A DNA stretch of 64,000 nucleotides from Nitrospirota bacterium. GTDB lineage: Bacteria > Nitrospirota > UBA9217. The notes under the pieces were generated by a model, which searched no databases, had not been told where the DNA came from, and worked only from the letters and a program-made list of their open reading frames with translations. The position numbers and the translations under genes were made by a program. Positions 24,439-33,786 of this stretch are shown here, in pieces. The stretch covers positions 1,920,001 to 1,984,000 of the forward strand of contig CAWFSF010000006.1 in the NCBI GenBank assembly GCA_963818475.1. Reading direction: 5' to 3'. Every line of letters begins with the position of its first letter. Position 1 is the first letter of the stretch.

Positions 24439-25449
24439 ATGAAAATTTCAATTATACTAGGAATCATTGGGGCGTGGCTTGCCACCAATATGCTATTGCC
24501 AATCTTCCTTAGATCTTTAGAGCGCGTTTATCAAACGCAGATTGACAGTGTGATAAAAAGTGGATGTCGTTTAACCAAAGTCGTTATGCTTAGCTTGCTT
24601 CAAGGAATTCTTATCATATATTTTGCGCCCAGCATATTGATTATTGGTGTTGTCGAGCGTGTTTATCCACGTTTCTTTGAGCTGCCAGTAATCAAGCGAT
24701 CATCCGTGTACTCGTCACTACATTTGCTGTTCACTAGACGTTTCTGGATGGTGCTGGCTGAAGATTTTAGAAACACTGTAAAAATAAGAAAATTGAATAC
24801 GGCTCAAGCATCATCATTAAATGATACTCAAGAAGCATTTGTAGCTGACGTTGCTAAACAATCCAAGAGCAAGATGAATGTTAGATTAAAGAATGCCTTG
24901 AAGTATTTTTCTGTATTTTTCGCCGGTCTTATTATCGGCGCCTTTCTTATTGAGACCATTGAAATGCATTTACGCCCATCTTACCGCGATTTAATCATCA
25001 GAACGCATTTGAAAACGGAGCAAGAATTCCTAGCCTCCCGTGCTGCCCGAGAGAATAAGCATCTTGAGGCAGCATTTCATCGATGGGCTGTAGTCAATGC
25101 TGAATCGGATGAGGGGTTTCGCGTCTTTCAAGAACATGGTGTTGAACTTGATGATCAACCATATACATACCCCTTTGACATGTATATGCTGAAGTGGATG
25201 TCCTCAGGCGCAAATATTAAGAAAGGCCGTAAGATTGTTGAAGGGTTTGACAGGGGAAAACTGGCCGTTGCGTTGGAAGCACTGGGGCAAAAGAAAGAAG
25301 CCGAAAATCAATGGCAGAGCGCACAAATTCTAATTCATCGAAAAACAATCAAAGAAACAAAGGAAGCAGTTTACGTCATGCTTGAACAAGAAAAATCCGA
25401 TATTCATCTGAAGGCCGAAGACAAGATTCTTGGAAAAAAGAAAGAATGA
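24439..25449 (+). CDS. Cassette membrane protein (hypothetical)
   Basis: Multiple TM segments and a helical C-terminal domain. Confidence 0.7.
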   Translation: MKISIILGIIGAWLATNMLLPIFLRSLERVYQTQIDSVIKSGCRLTKVVMLSLLQGILIIYFAPSILIIGVVERVYPRFFELPVIKRSSVYSSLHLLFTRRFWMVLAEDFRNTVKIRKLNTAQASSLNDTQEAFVADVAKQSKSKMNVRLKNALKYFSVFFAGLIIGAFLIETIEMHLRPSYRDLIIRTHLKTEQEFLASRAARENKHLEAAFHRWAVVNAESDEGFRVFQEHGVELDDQPYTYPFDMYMLKWMSSGANIKKGRKIVEGFDRGKLAVALEALGQKKEAENQWQSAQILIHRKTIKETKEAVYVMLEQEKSDIHLKAEDKILGKKKE

Positions 25450-25450
25450 G

Positions 25451-25507
25451 TACCAACATGCCGGTCCACATCGACTCGCCTTGCGGCGAGTGACCGGCGT
25501 GTTGGGC
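25451..25507 (+). mobile_element. attC site 7
   Basis: taccAAC atgccggtccacatcgactcgccttgcggcgagtgaccggcgt GTTgggc. Confidence 0.88.
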
Positions 25508-25551
25508 AGCATGAAAGCCGATCATTGTCACACAGTTTCTCGGGAGTCGAA

Positions 25552-26619
25552 ATGACAGTGAAGATCTGCAGCCTGTTGCTGACAATCTCCGTGTGCTGCG
25601 CAGCGCTTCAGGCTTGCGCGGAAGATTCACGTGTGGCGGAACCCTCCACCAAAGAGTGTCCGGATCTGACCGGTACCTATGAGGTGCGCATTCCCGCGTG
25701 GGCCGATAGGGTCCACCCCTTGGGGCAGCGCCCGAGGATGGGGACCCGGCAGTTCGCCATGTTCCAGCGCCACGGCGGTGGCTTCACGCTGATCTGGCAC
25801 GCGCCCCGGGAGGAGTTCCTGGCGGCGGCCCGATCGCTGGCCCAGCGCGATCCCTACAGGTACGACGTATGGCTGGACAGGATGTTGCGCGATCCCAAGC
25901 TGCCATTGCCGCTCGGCATAGCCAGCGAGCATGACTGGCTCGGGCGACTCGGGAGCGTTGGTCCGGTTTTCCGGGGGGTCGACGAGGTCCTGCAGCTCAA
26001 GCAGTGCAAGCGCGGCTGGTTTCTTGTTTCAGGCCCCGGGCATCGCGATGGCCCGCCCGATTTCGAAGGTGGCATGGAAGGCACGCGCGAACTGGAACTC
26101 TGGCTGGGGCGCGACAAGGACGGCTCGGTCAGCCTGAAGGCGGAGGAGCACCGGACCCTGGTGCTCCTGAGGGAGAGTCTATATACCCCATATCTCGCCA
26201 TACGCCTGGGGTCGTCAGCACGCTCGAGCAAATGGCCGGTTGCGCCCGCGCAGGACCTTACCCCCATCCGCGCGGAGGAGCTGCCTGAGCGCAATCGTCC
26301 TGCCAGGCCCGTTCCGAAGTGCCAGATCACCGGCGACCATGAGGCGGTGTTCTTCCAGCGCCTGAAGGCAAATCTGCCGCCAAAGGTGGAGATTGAAAAT
26401 TACTCATCCAGCATTATCCATGGCCTCATGCGCCCGGACGGGGTTTGCGATCCGACACCCTACACGGTGACCGTCTCGGCGCCAGATGCCGCTGGCATCG
26501 CGAAGGTGGCGGACTACCTGCGTACCGACCCCTTTATCCGGCAGATCGATTCGCAGGAGTCACAAGTTCTGTGGGATGGAAGGCTGATGGTGAAGTTCCG
26601 CATGATGGCCGCGCCGTGA
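25552..26619 (+). CDS. Cassette exported protein, GC-rich (hypothetical)
   Basis: Signal peptide, CPDLTGTY motif; cassette ends GTTGGGC and GCCCAAC are exactly complementary. Confidence 0.72.
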   Translation: MTVKICSLLLTISVCCAALQACAEDSRVAEPSTKECPDLTGTYEVRIPAWADRVHPLGQRPRMGTRQFAMFQRHGGGFTLIWHAPREEFLAAARSLAQRDPYRYDVWLDRMLRDPKLPLPLGIASEHDWLGRLGSVGPVFRGVDEVLQLKQCKRGWFLVSGPGHRDGPPDFEGGMEGTRELELWLGRDKDGSVSLKAEEHRTLVLLRESLYTPYLAIRLGSSARSSKWPVAPAQDLTPIRAEELPERNRPARPVPKCQITGDHEAVFFQRLKANLPPKVEIENYSSSIIHGLMRPDGVCDPTPYTVTVSAPDAAGIAKVADYLRTDPFIRQIDSQESQVLWDGRLMVKFRMMAAP

Positions 26620-26645
26620 GGAAGGGGCGAACGCCATAACATGCC

Positions 26646-26723
26646 GCCCAACCTTCAGTTGCACCGGAGCGTCAACAGTCGCCTTCGGCGCCTATCGCCG
26701 CCCGGTGAACTGAGTCGATAGTT
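26646..26723 (+). mobile_element. attC site 8 with GTT mutated to GAT
   Basis: gcccAAC cttcagttgcaccgg...ccggtgaactgagtc GATagtt. Confidence 0.8.
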
Positions 26724-26727
26724 TTGA

Positions 26728-28089
26728 GTGGAGATTAACTTGAACGAGTCAAGTAAAGCAGATTCTGAGAAAAGCGTATTAAGCAGACTGATCGAAATTG
26801 CAGACCATTTCGCGTTGCGCGATAATCTTTGCAGCGAATTGCCATCATATAAGAAAGCCGATACAGAACCTCAAGCTGCCAAAAGACGTGACTTTGCTAA
26901 TTTGCTCGCAAGTATTCAGGCAGAAGAAATTGCTATTTTCCAGAAGTTAGTCGCATTGAAAGACGATGTGGAACGATATTTTACCGCTCACGGATTAAAC
27001 AAAAAAGAAATTGAAATGGTTGCCGCTTTTAAACCGTTTCAGCTTGCTTTGCATTTTATAAAGAAGAACAAAAAAGAACAAAACGGTACCCCACCTAAAG
27101 GAAACTATTACTCGCTTATCTTCAATAACAAACCATCGTTGTCAGCAGACATGACACCTGTGCTGGCCTATGTATCCTTTGCTGGCGATGATGGCGATTT
27201 GTTCCCGGTAGTTGAACTAATTCTAGATTTGATAAAAATATGGGATATGTTCTTGCTAAATCACACGGAAATTGATATCAAAGAGTTTGAAAAAGGAATC
27301 CTGAACGTTAAAAATAAGAATACAGTTCACAGTGCACCACTTCCGAGAGGATTAATGTCAACTGCAGCAAAAGCAGTCAAACGACAACATACAACAACGC
27401 CTGTGAGCGATAAGAGGAAAATCGCACTAGAAAAAGATATTACTGATAGATTAAATACAATTGCTTTCCATTTTGAAGAAAGGGATGCACTTAGCAAAGA
27501 GCTCACTCAATATACTGGCGCTGATTTGAAATCCTCATCGGCGCGCTACGCAAACCTAAAGAGATTACTCACTCGGATAGAGCAACAGGAAGTCGATGCA
27601 TTATATGAGCTTGTTCACTTGCAGGACAATGTTAAAAAGTATCTCGCTGCTATCGGATCAATCTCGGCAGAGATTAAAGCCATTGATGAATTTAGATCGT
27701 TTCGCGTGGCCGCCAATTATGTAAATATACATAAACATGGAATACGAGGAAGAAATGCCAAGTCTGCCAAGCATGATTATACTTATATATTTTATGATCG
27801 AAAAGGCGACAAGAGTTTACCCGATGATCCGATTGACGAAGTGGCAAATGTCATAAACTATGATGGCAGCTTAATTCCTGCTACTGACATCATTTTGCAT
27901 TTAATAATAGCGTGGGAGATGTTCATTAAATATCATACGCAAATTGACTTCGTTACTTTTAATCGAAGAATTGATGCAGTCCGATCAAGACATCAAGGTG
28001 AAGTGATGTAGAGCGCGCCCATCCCGGATGGTTTGACAAGCCATGCCAGGCGGCTTTCCGACGAGAGAAAGAAGCTTGATATATTATAA
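26728..28089 (+). CDS. Cassette protein with two tandem homologous helical (HEPN-like) domains; in-frame TAG at 28009
   Basis: Internal duplication visible by eye; the second copy has ANYVNIHKH; the reading frame continues to TAA at 28087-28089. Confidence 0.7.
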
Positions 28090-28099
28090 GAAGTACACG

Positions 28100-28149
28100 T
28101 TATAACCTGTCGTTCGAGCCGCCTATGGCGGCTCAACTCGTCGTTAACC
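28100..28149 (+). mobile_element. attC site 9
   Basis: ttatAAC ctgtcgttcgagccgcctatggcggctcaactcgtc GTTaacc. Confidence 0.85.
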
Positions 28150-28290
28150 ATTTCAGAGATTAGAGCAATTGAGTGTTCAGTCAACATTAATCCATAGCAA
28201 GGAGGTGATGTGCAATCAATATTGGCAACGTCATTATCTGCTAATCTAGTTCTTGGCGAAAGATAACTTTAACTACTTCAGGAGGAAAAT

Positions 28291-28773
28291 ATGAAGATTT
28301 TTCGGGTTATATTCACGGTGATTTGCTCCTTGTCATTAACGGTAATAGGAAATAATCTTTATGCTGAAGAACAGCAAGACATACCGGCAACAATCCGACA
28401 GCATCTAAGAATGTGCGTTACTAAATTTTACTCTTTACCAGTATCAAAAAGAAATAATTTAGATACTTGTCAAAAAGCACCATTAAACCTTCCAAAACCT
28501 GAAGGCGTAGCAGAAACAGTCATTGACACATGGGATGCCAAACCTATCTTTACAGTAATATTGTCGGACGGTAGATCCCTGACACAAATCGGAGAGAGGC
28601 TTATCGTTATGCCTACGCTACCCAAAGCAGATGAATCGACGAGCAAATCGACTCATGGCAGCGTCACATGTGGGGTAGGCAAGGGGGATATAAATTGGTG
28701 CAAGACTGCAACATACGCTTGCTACTGGCACGGCGATGTATTTGATCACTGCCAAAGAACCGGATATTGGTAA
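28291..28773 (+). CDS. Cassette exported Cys-containing protein (hypothetical)
   Basis: Signal peptide, AGGAGG RBS, six Cys in the mature part. Confidence 0.72.
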   Translation: MKIFRVIFTVICSLSLTVIGNNLYAEEQQDIPATIRQHLRMCVTKFYSLPVSKRNNLDTCQKAPLNLPKPEGVAETVIDTWDAKPIFTVILSDGRSLTQIGERLIVMPTLPKADESTSKSTHGSVTCGVGKGDINWCKTATYACYWHGDVFDHCQRTGYW

Positions 28774-28888
28774 TACGACAAGAGCCCAACTTCAAATGCT
28801 TGGTCCGACTGGATAAGGCAATGTAGAGGAGTGAGTTTCCTATGTAGCTGCTCGATACCCTAAATAAAGAAAAGATATCTCGTAATTG

Positions 28889-28947
28889 ATTTAACCGGCG
28901 GGTCGAGAGGGGCGGCTGATAATGCGCCTCTCACCCGCGTGTTAATC
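28889..28947 (+). mobile_element. attC site 10
   Basis: atttAAC cggcgggtcgagaggggcgg...cgcctctcacccgcgt GTTaatc. Confidence 0.85.
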
Positions 28948-28968
28948 AATTCTCAGACGAGGTGCGCT

Positions 28969-29223
28969 ATGAATCCCATCGAAAAAAAAGTTGTAAAAGT
29001 CATTGGCGTGGTTGGTTGGATTTTAGTAGGTCTCGGCGGTTTATTTACAACATGGCTTCTTATCAGAGGATTTTCCGAAGGTATGAAGGAACCAATGTTG
29101 ATGCTATTTCTCATTACCCTTATATTCTGCAGCGTTGCAGTCGGCATGTTCTTCGTCATTCTTAATATTGTTGTAAAACTGATGATAAGAATTGCCGGGA
29201 ATACTGAAAGAGCAATTTCGTGA
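28969..29223 (+). CDS. Small two-TM cassette protein
   Basis: Two hydrophobic helices, GAGG RBS. Confidence 0.65.
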   Translation: MNPIEKKVVKVIGVVGWILVGLGGLFTTWLLIRGFSEGMKEPMLMLFLITLIFCSVAVGMFFVILNIVVKLMIRIAGNTERAIS

Positions 29224-29297
29224 GCGTTGAAATGATCGTTGTAAATATATCCGCAAAATGATAATATTTAGACAGGTCAAAGCGAAGGAGGTATTTT

Positions 29298-29519
29298 ATG
29301 CGCGTTAAAGACCTTCCTGAAATATCCAATTTAACCATCCCTGAGAAAATTTTGCTCGTTGAGGACCTATGGGACAGTATTTCCGCGGATGAAACATCCA
29401 TTCCAATACCAGAAAGCCACAAAACAGAACTCGATGCGAGACTCAAGCGATATGAATCTACTCCGGGCGCCCTCCTGTCTCTTGATGACCTTCGAACAAG
29501 AATCGAAAAGAGAAAATGA
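29298..29519 (+). CDS. Addiction-module antitoxin (TIGR02574-like)
   Basis: EKILLVEDLWDSI...HKTELDARL; overlaps the toxin start. Confidence 0.85.
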   Translation: MRVKDLPEISNLTIPEKILLVEDLWDSISADETSIPIPESHKTELDARLKRYESTPGALLSLDDLRTRIEKRK

Positions 29520-29821
29520 CATATCATCTTCGTTTTCTGCCCGAAGTCGAAGATGATGCCGTCAGTGGCCTTTCATGGTATGAAACGAAATCGCCGGGAT
29601 TAGGCGATGAATTTCTTCGAATGTTCTATGCCTGCGCCGGCGATATTCCTCGCAATCCTCTCCTTTATCGAAAAGTGTACGAAGAATTCAGGCGCTGTTT
29701 GATCAGAAGATTCCCCTACGCTATCTACTTCACTATAAAGAATGACCAGATCATCGTAACCGGTCTATTTCATTGTGCACGTGATCCACACCGCGTCGAG
29801 TCGCTGCTATCAGGCCGATAA
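29516..29821 (+). CDS. RelE/ParE family toxin
   Basis: WYETKSPGLGDEFL, RRCLIRRFPYAIYF, FHCARDP. Confidence 0.88.
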   Translation: MTYHLRFLPEVEDDAVSGLSWYETKSPGLGDEFLRMFYACAGDIPRNPLLYRKVYEEFRRCLIRRFPYAIYFTIKNDQIIVTGLFHCARDPHRVESLLSGR

Positions 29822-29827
29822 AACTGA

Positions 29828-29886
29828 TTTTAACCAGCGCCTCGACAGCAACGCGCCAAAGGCGGTGCGTCAGCCGCGTGTTATAC
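29828..29886 (+). mobile_element. attC site 11
   Basis: ttttAAC cagcgcctcgacagcaacgc...gcggtgcgtcagccgcgt GTTatac. Confidence 0.85.
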
Positions 29887-30075
29887 AGTGAAAAAGACGT
29901 TCCGATTGCTTGATCTGCAAAATATGCAGATACGATTGGTAAAGAATGGTTCCGCTTCATGGCGTGGCTTTTGATTATCAGCGTACCTGAATGGAATTCT
30001 TCCCGCGTTGAAAGGAATTATCTAAAGGCAAGTAGAAGCTTGACGATAAACAGATCATAAAAAGGAGGTCAGGTT

Positions 30076-31791
30076 ATGCGAAAGTTAATTATCAGTATGG
30101 GAGTTGCAGTATTTTTTGTCATCGCATCGGTTGGTTCTCAGAATAAGGCCTTTGCCGGCAACAACGTATGGACCACGAACGGACCTAATGTTTCGGCAGT
30201 CAAAGCGATAGCTGTATCGCCGAACTATGCTACTGATCGCACGATCTATGCCGGTACATGGGGGGATGGCGTTTTCAGATCGGTCAACGGCGAAGAGACC
30301 TGGACGAACATCGGACTGCCGTTTGAAGGGAACCTTGTCGGCGGGCTTGCGATATCACCGAATTATGCAAGCGATCATACGCTGTATATCGGGACAGTCA
30401 CACATTTATACAAGTTCATCGACAATGGTTCTGGCGGCGGAACCACGACGGAGGTGAACGTGACATTGTGGCCGAGTATTCCCGACATCTATCCCGTTGC
30501 CGTGTCGCCAAATTACGAAAGCGACCGCACCGTATTTGCGGCCGTCATGAACCAGGGGATGTACAAGATAAGTGATCTGTTGAGCGGCCCGACGGCAACA
30601 CTGATCACATCGTTTCCCACCTATTTCACGTCGTTCGTCGTATCGCCGAATTACGCCGCTGACCATACGCTCTTCGCCGGGACCCCGGGCAACGGGCTCT
30701 ATAAAGTGGTTGAGAACCCCTCAGGCGCCGCGACCCGCACCCTGGCAAACGCCATCTTTACTGATCTCCAGGTAAGCGCCGTGGGCATATCTCCGAGTTA
30801 TGCTGCCGACCAGACCGTATTTGCCGGAACGATCTACGGCGTGATCGTAACAAACAATAATTTCGCGACCGTCTGGCCCACGAGCTGGGCATACGGTTCC
30901 ACGTATAACATTCTATCCATCGCCGTTTCTCCTAACTACGCTGCTGACCGCACAGTATTCGCAGGAACAGCCGGCAAGGGTGTGATCAAATCAACCGACG
31001 GCGGGGCGACTTGGACCCAGGTAAATGTCGGATTCTCGCCCGTGAGCGAGACTTACTTTGTCGATGCCGTTGCCGTGGTTCCAAATTACAGCACTGACCC
31101 CACTATTTTCTCCGAAAAGGATTATAACGTATGGAGCTATTCATTCGCTCCGCTGACGCTCAGTTCGACGATAACAGCACCCCGGAACGGCGCCACCCTC
31201 AGGGGCATCACTTCTGCGATCACGGGTACGGCATCGGGAGGCCCATCCGGCCTGAGCAAGGTCGAAGTATCGATCAATGCAGGAGCCTGGCAAACAACCA
31301 CCGGTACGACATCCTGGAGCTATCCCTGGACATTGCCGAGCGACGGGATTTATTCTCTGCAGTCACGTGCGACAAACACGCAAGGCAACCAAGAGGTGCC
31401 GGGAGTCGGGATCAGAGTGGTGGTAGACAACACGAGACCGGCATCGGCAATTGCAGGCGTTAAATGGAAAAAAATTGATAATAAATGGTTCATTACCGTA
31501 TACGGCACTGCTGCAGACGGTATCGGATCGGGCGTGTCGCGCGTGGAGGTCGGATTCTCCACTGCCCAAATCGGCGGGTTGACCCTGCCCGGCCGCTTAG
31601 TCATACCCCGTGGAACTATAGGTACAGTATGGAAGCCTGCCAACGGGACAAACAAGTGGAGCTATACGTTCAGCGTGCCGTCAACATGGACTAAGTATCA
31701 TGGAAAGAAATTCAAGATACAGAGTCGCGCAAAGGACAGGGCCGGAAATCTCGAAGTGCCAGGCCCAGGTATTAGCGCAACCATCCCTTGA
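30076..31791 (+). CDS. Secreted beta-propeller repeat protein with two C-terminal Ig-like domains
   Basis: Signal peptide; repeated SPNYAxDxTxFAGT blades; STDGGATW BNR-like motif; two GTA..VEV..W..GT..WSY..QSRA repeats. Confidence 0.8.
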   Translation: MRKLIISMGVAVFFVIASVGSQNKAFAGNNVWTTNGPNVSAVKAIAVSPNYATDRTIYAGTWGDGVFRSVNGEETWTNIGLPFEGNLVGGLAISPNYASDHTLYIGTVTHLYKFIDNGSGGGTTTEVNVTLWPSIPDIYPVAVSPNYESDRTVFAAVMNQGMYKISDLLSGPTATLITSFPTYFTSFVVSPNYAADHTLFAGTPGNGLYKVVENPSGAATRTLANAIFTDLQVSAVGISPSYAADQTVFAGTIYGVIVTNNNFATVWPTSWAYGSTYNILSIAVSPNYAADRTVFAGTAGKGVIKSTDGGATWTQVNVGFSPVSETYFVDAVAVVPNYSTDPTIFSEKDYNVWSYSFAPLTLSSTITAPRNGATLRGITSAITGTASGGPSGLSKVEVSINAGAWQTTTGTTSWSYPWTLPSDGIYSLQSRATNTQGNQEVPGVGIRVVVDNTRPASAIAGVKWKKIDNKWFITVYGTAADGIGSGVSRVEVGFSTAQIGGLTLPGRLVIPRGTIGTVWKPANGTNKWSYTFSVPSTWTKYHGKKFKIQSRAKDRAGNLEVPGPGISATIP

Positions 31792-31913
31792 TAGGGGGAA
31801 CACAGAATAGGCCCAAGCATTTCGAGGACAAGGACAATATATACAATACAAGAGGTGCGCTTCCTCATAACATAGATGCCCTCTTGGAATATACAAAGCC
31901 GAAACAAAAATGA

Positions 31914-31972
31914 TCCAAACCAGCCGGTCGAGTCCCGCGCTGATAGGCGCGGGGCCCACCGGCGCGTTCTTG
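31914..31972 (+). mobile_element. attC site 12
   Basis: tccaAAC cagccggtcgagtcccgcgctgataggcgcggggcccaccggcgc GTTcttg. Confidence 0.8.
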
Positions 31973-32064
31973 CGGCAGCCAAAGCCTTTCGCCTTTCTTT
32001 GTGATCTCTGTGGCTTCGTGTGAGATGGGCTTTAAATGATCCGTAGAGGATCGAGGAGAATGTC

Positions 32065-32922
32065 ATGCCAAGAATAATCACAGGATTTCTGCATTCTCTT
32101 TTCGTGAAAGCGACTGGTAGCCTGGTTCTGCTTGCCGCTTTCGCGTGCAGCCTGGCTTCCTGCGGAGACGACTCTCTTCTCAATATTATTAAGACGAGGC
32201 CTTCACCTACCACATCCGGAGAGGATGGCCAGTATATCGAGACGTCCAACCTCGCAATCGTCGCAGAAACGTACTACCTGGATGATCTTCACCCGACCCA
32301 CGGCACAATGACCATTCATCTCAGGCGGAACGACACATTGGAAGTTGTGCGGCTCGGAAGCACTGACGATCTGACGGTTACTCTCGGCGGTATACCCCTG
32401 ACGATCAACGAAAGTGGAATTTACGGCTGCGACGGCCCTGTCGGTCCGTGCCAGTATTATTATGGCTATTCTGCTCTGTTTGACAACGGTGTCGGAGGAA
32501 ATCCGGTCACGATCAATTTCTCCCGGCTTTCGGGCGATAATGGTTCGATTGCCGGCACGTTGCCTCCCAATCCGGTGTTCAGCTCGCCGTCACAAGGCAG
32601 CAACATACATTTCCCGGACGACCCGCTGACTGTTTCATGGCAGGCCGGAGAAACAGGCGACCATGTCGATCTTGAGCTGAGGGGAGATTGCGTGTACGCC
32701 TACAAATTCATTCCGGAACCAACGAATTCCGTCGCTTATAGCGCAGGAGACCCGGATCTTCATTGGTACGAAAACAGCAGCTCCTGTGAAACCGCGTCAT
32801 CGGACACGGTTGTGATAAAAGCGGTCCGCACCCGGTCCTATGATGCTGCGGAAGCTCTTGGTCCGTACAGTCTGCTTACCCTGTCCACGGAGGATCTTAT
32901 TTCGATCTCGGTGAACAGGTGA
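32065..32922 (+). CDS. Lipoprotein (hypothetical)
   Basis: Lipobox LASC, acidic beta-rich body. Confidence 0.72.
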   Translation: MPRIITGFLHSLFVKATGSLVLLAAFACSLASCGDDSLLNIIKTRPSPTTSGEDGQYIETSNLAIVAETYYLDDLHPTHGTMTIHLRRNDTLEVVRLGSTDDLTVTLGGIPLTINESGIYGCDGPVGPCQYYYGYSALFDNGVGGNPVTINFSRLSGDNGSIAGTLPPNPVFSSPSQGSNIHFPDDPLTVSWQAGETGDHVDLELRGDCVYAYKFIPEPTNSVAYSAGDPDLHWYENSSSCETASSDTVVIKAVRTRSYDAAEALGPYSLLTLSTEDLISISVNR

Positions 32923-32945
32923 TGTGACCGGCAAGGTGAGTGATC

Positions 32946-33097
32946 AGAGCCTATCTCAAAATCAGTTTTTTGCTTTCGTCCGTCTTTTTGCGTCATTCCC
33001 GTGTAAACGGGAATCCAGTGTTTTCGGCCTTTTCTGGATACCCGCTTTCGCGAGTATGACGAACTTTGAATAGAGAATCAATTTTGAGATAGGTTCT
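32946..33097. mobile_element. MITE-like element with 17-bp TIRs and an internal REP-like palindrome
   Basis: agagcctatctcaaaat / attttgagataggttct (1 mismatch); internal cgtcattcccg..cgggaatccag...ctggatacccgc..gtatgacg. Confidence 0.75.
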
Positions 33098-33159
33098 AGT
33101 AACTACGCTCGTTCACTTGAACTCCAAGCGGTCTCCTCCATCTGCCCCAGTCACAACGC

Positions 33160-33188
33160 TTGACATTTATAAACATTTTGTTTATAAT
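33160..33188 (+). promoter_or_regulatory. higBA promoter with an overlapping palindromic operator
   Basis: Perfect TTGACA-17-TATAAT; ttataaaca-ttt-tgtttataa palindrome. Confidence 0.85.
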
Positions 33189-33194
33189 TTCTTC

Positions 33195-33476
33195 ATGATT
33201 CAGACGTTTGCCTCTTCCGAAACGGAACACTTCTTTGCCACCGGGAAATCACGTCGCTTGCCGCAGGATATATTGAAGCGTGCGGCAATGCGCTTAACGC
33301 AGCTGGATGGGGCCGCAAGCCTCGAAGATTTGCGTTTCCCTCCTTCAAACAGACTGGAGTCCCTCGCTCGTGACCGCGCCGGGCAATGGAGCATTCGCAT
33401 TAACGACCAGTGGCGCGTATGTTTCCGTTTTGAAAATGGCGATGCTTATGACGTTGAAATCGCTGATTATCACTAA
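33195..33476 (+). CDS. higB: HigB toxin
   Basis: DLRFPPSNRLESL..DRAGQWSIRINDQWRVCFRF..DVEIADYH. Confidence 0.93.
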   Translation: MIQTFASSETEHFFATGKSRRLPQDILKRAAMRLTQLDGAASLEDLRFPPSNRLESLARDRAGQWSIRINDQWRVCFRFENGDAYDVEIADYH

Positions 33477-33489
33477 AGGAGATACAGAC

Positions 33490-33786
33490 ATGGTTAAGAA
33501 TGGTTTGCCTGCAATTCATCCGGGAGAATTCCTGGTAGAAATTTTGGGAGAGATGGGTATATCTCAGGCTGAGTTCGCGCGCACTATCGGGGTATCGCCG
33601 ATGCGGATTTCGCATGTAATCAAGGGGGATCGTCCGGTAACGGCGGAACTGGCGTTATTGTTTGGTCGTGCGTTTAACCAGACGCCGCAATACTGGCTCA
33701 ATCTTCAGGCGTCTTACGATTTAAAAATTGCGAAGGCGAGCATCGGTAAGCGCCTTGCTGGTATTCATGCCCTCGCGCATGCCTAG
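33490..33786 (+). CDS. higA: HigA antitoxin
   Basis: IHPGEFLVE, HTH, VTAELALLF, WLNLQASYDL. Confidence 0.93.
   Translation: MVKNGLPAIHPGEFLVEILGEMGISQAEFARTIGVSPMRISHVIKGDRPVTAELALLFGRAFNQTPQYWLNLQASYDLKIAKASIGKRLAGIHALAHA

Larger units (their letters stand above)
20855..32922 (+). mobile_element. Integron gene-cassette array without an adjacent integrase (CALIN-like)
   Basis: 12 attC sites (AAC...GTT imperfect palindromes) separate co-oriented ORFs of varied base composition. Confidence 0.92.

Noticed and set aside
21804-31972. CRISPR array
   Set aside because: The repeats are separated by gene-sized segments and have AAC...GTT attC structure; there are no cas genes.
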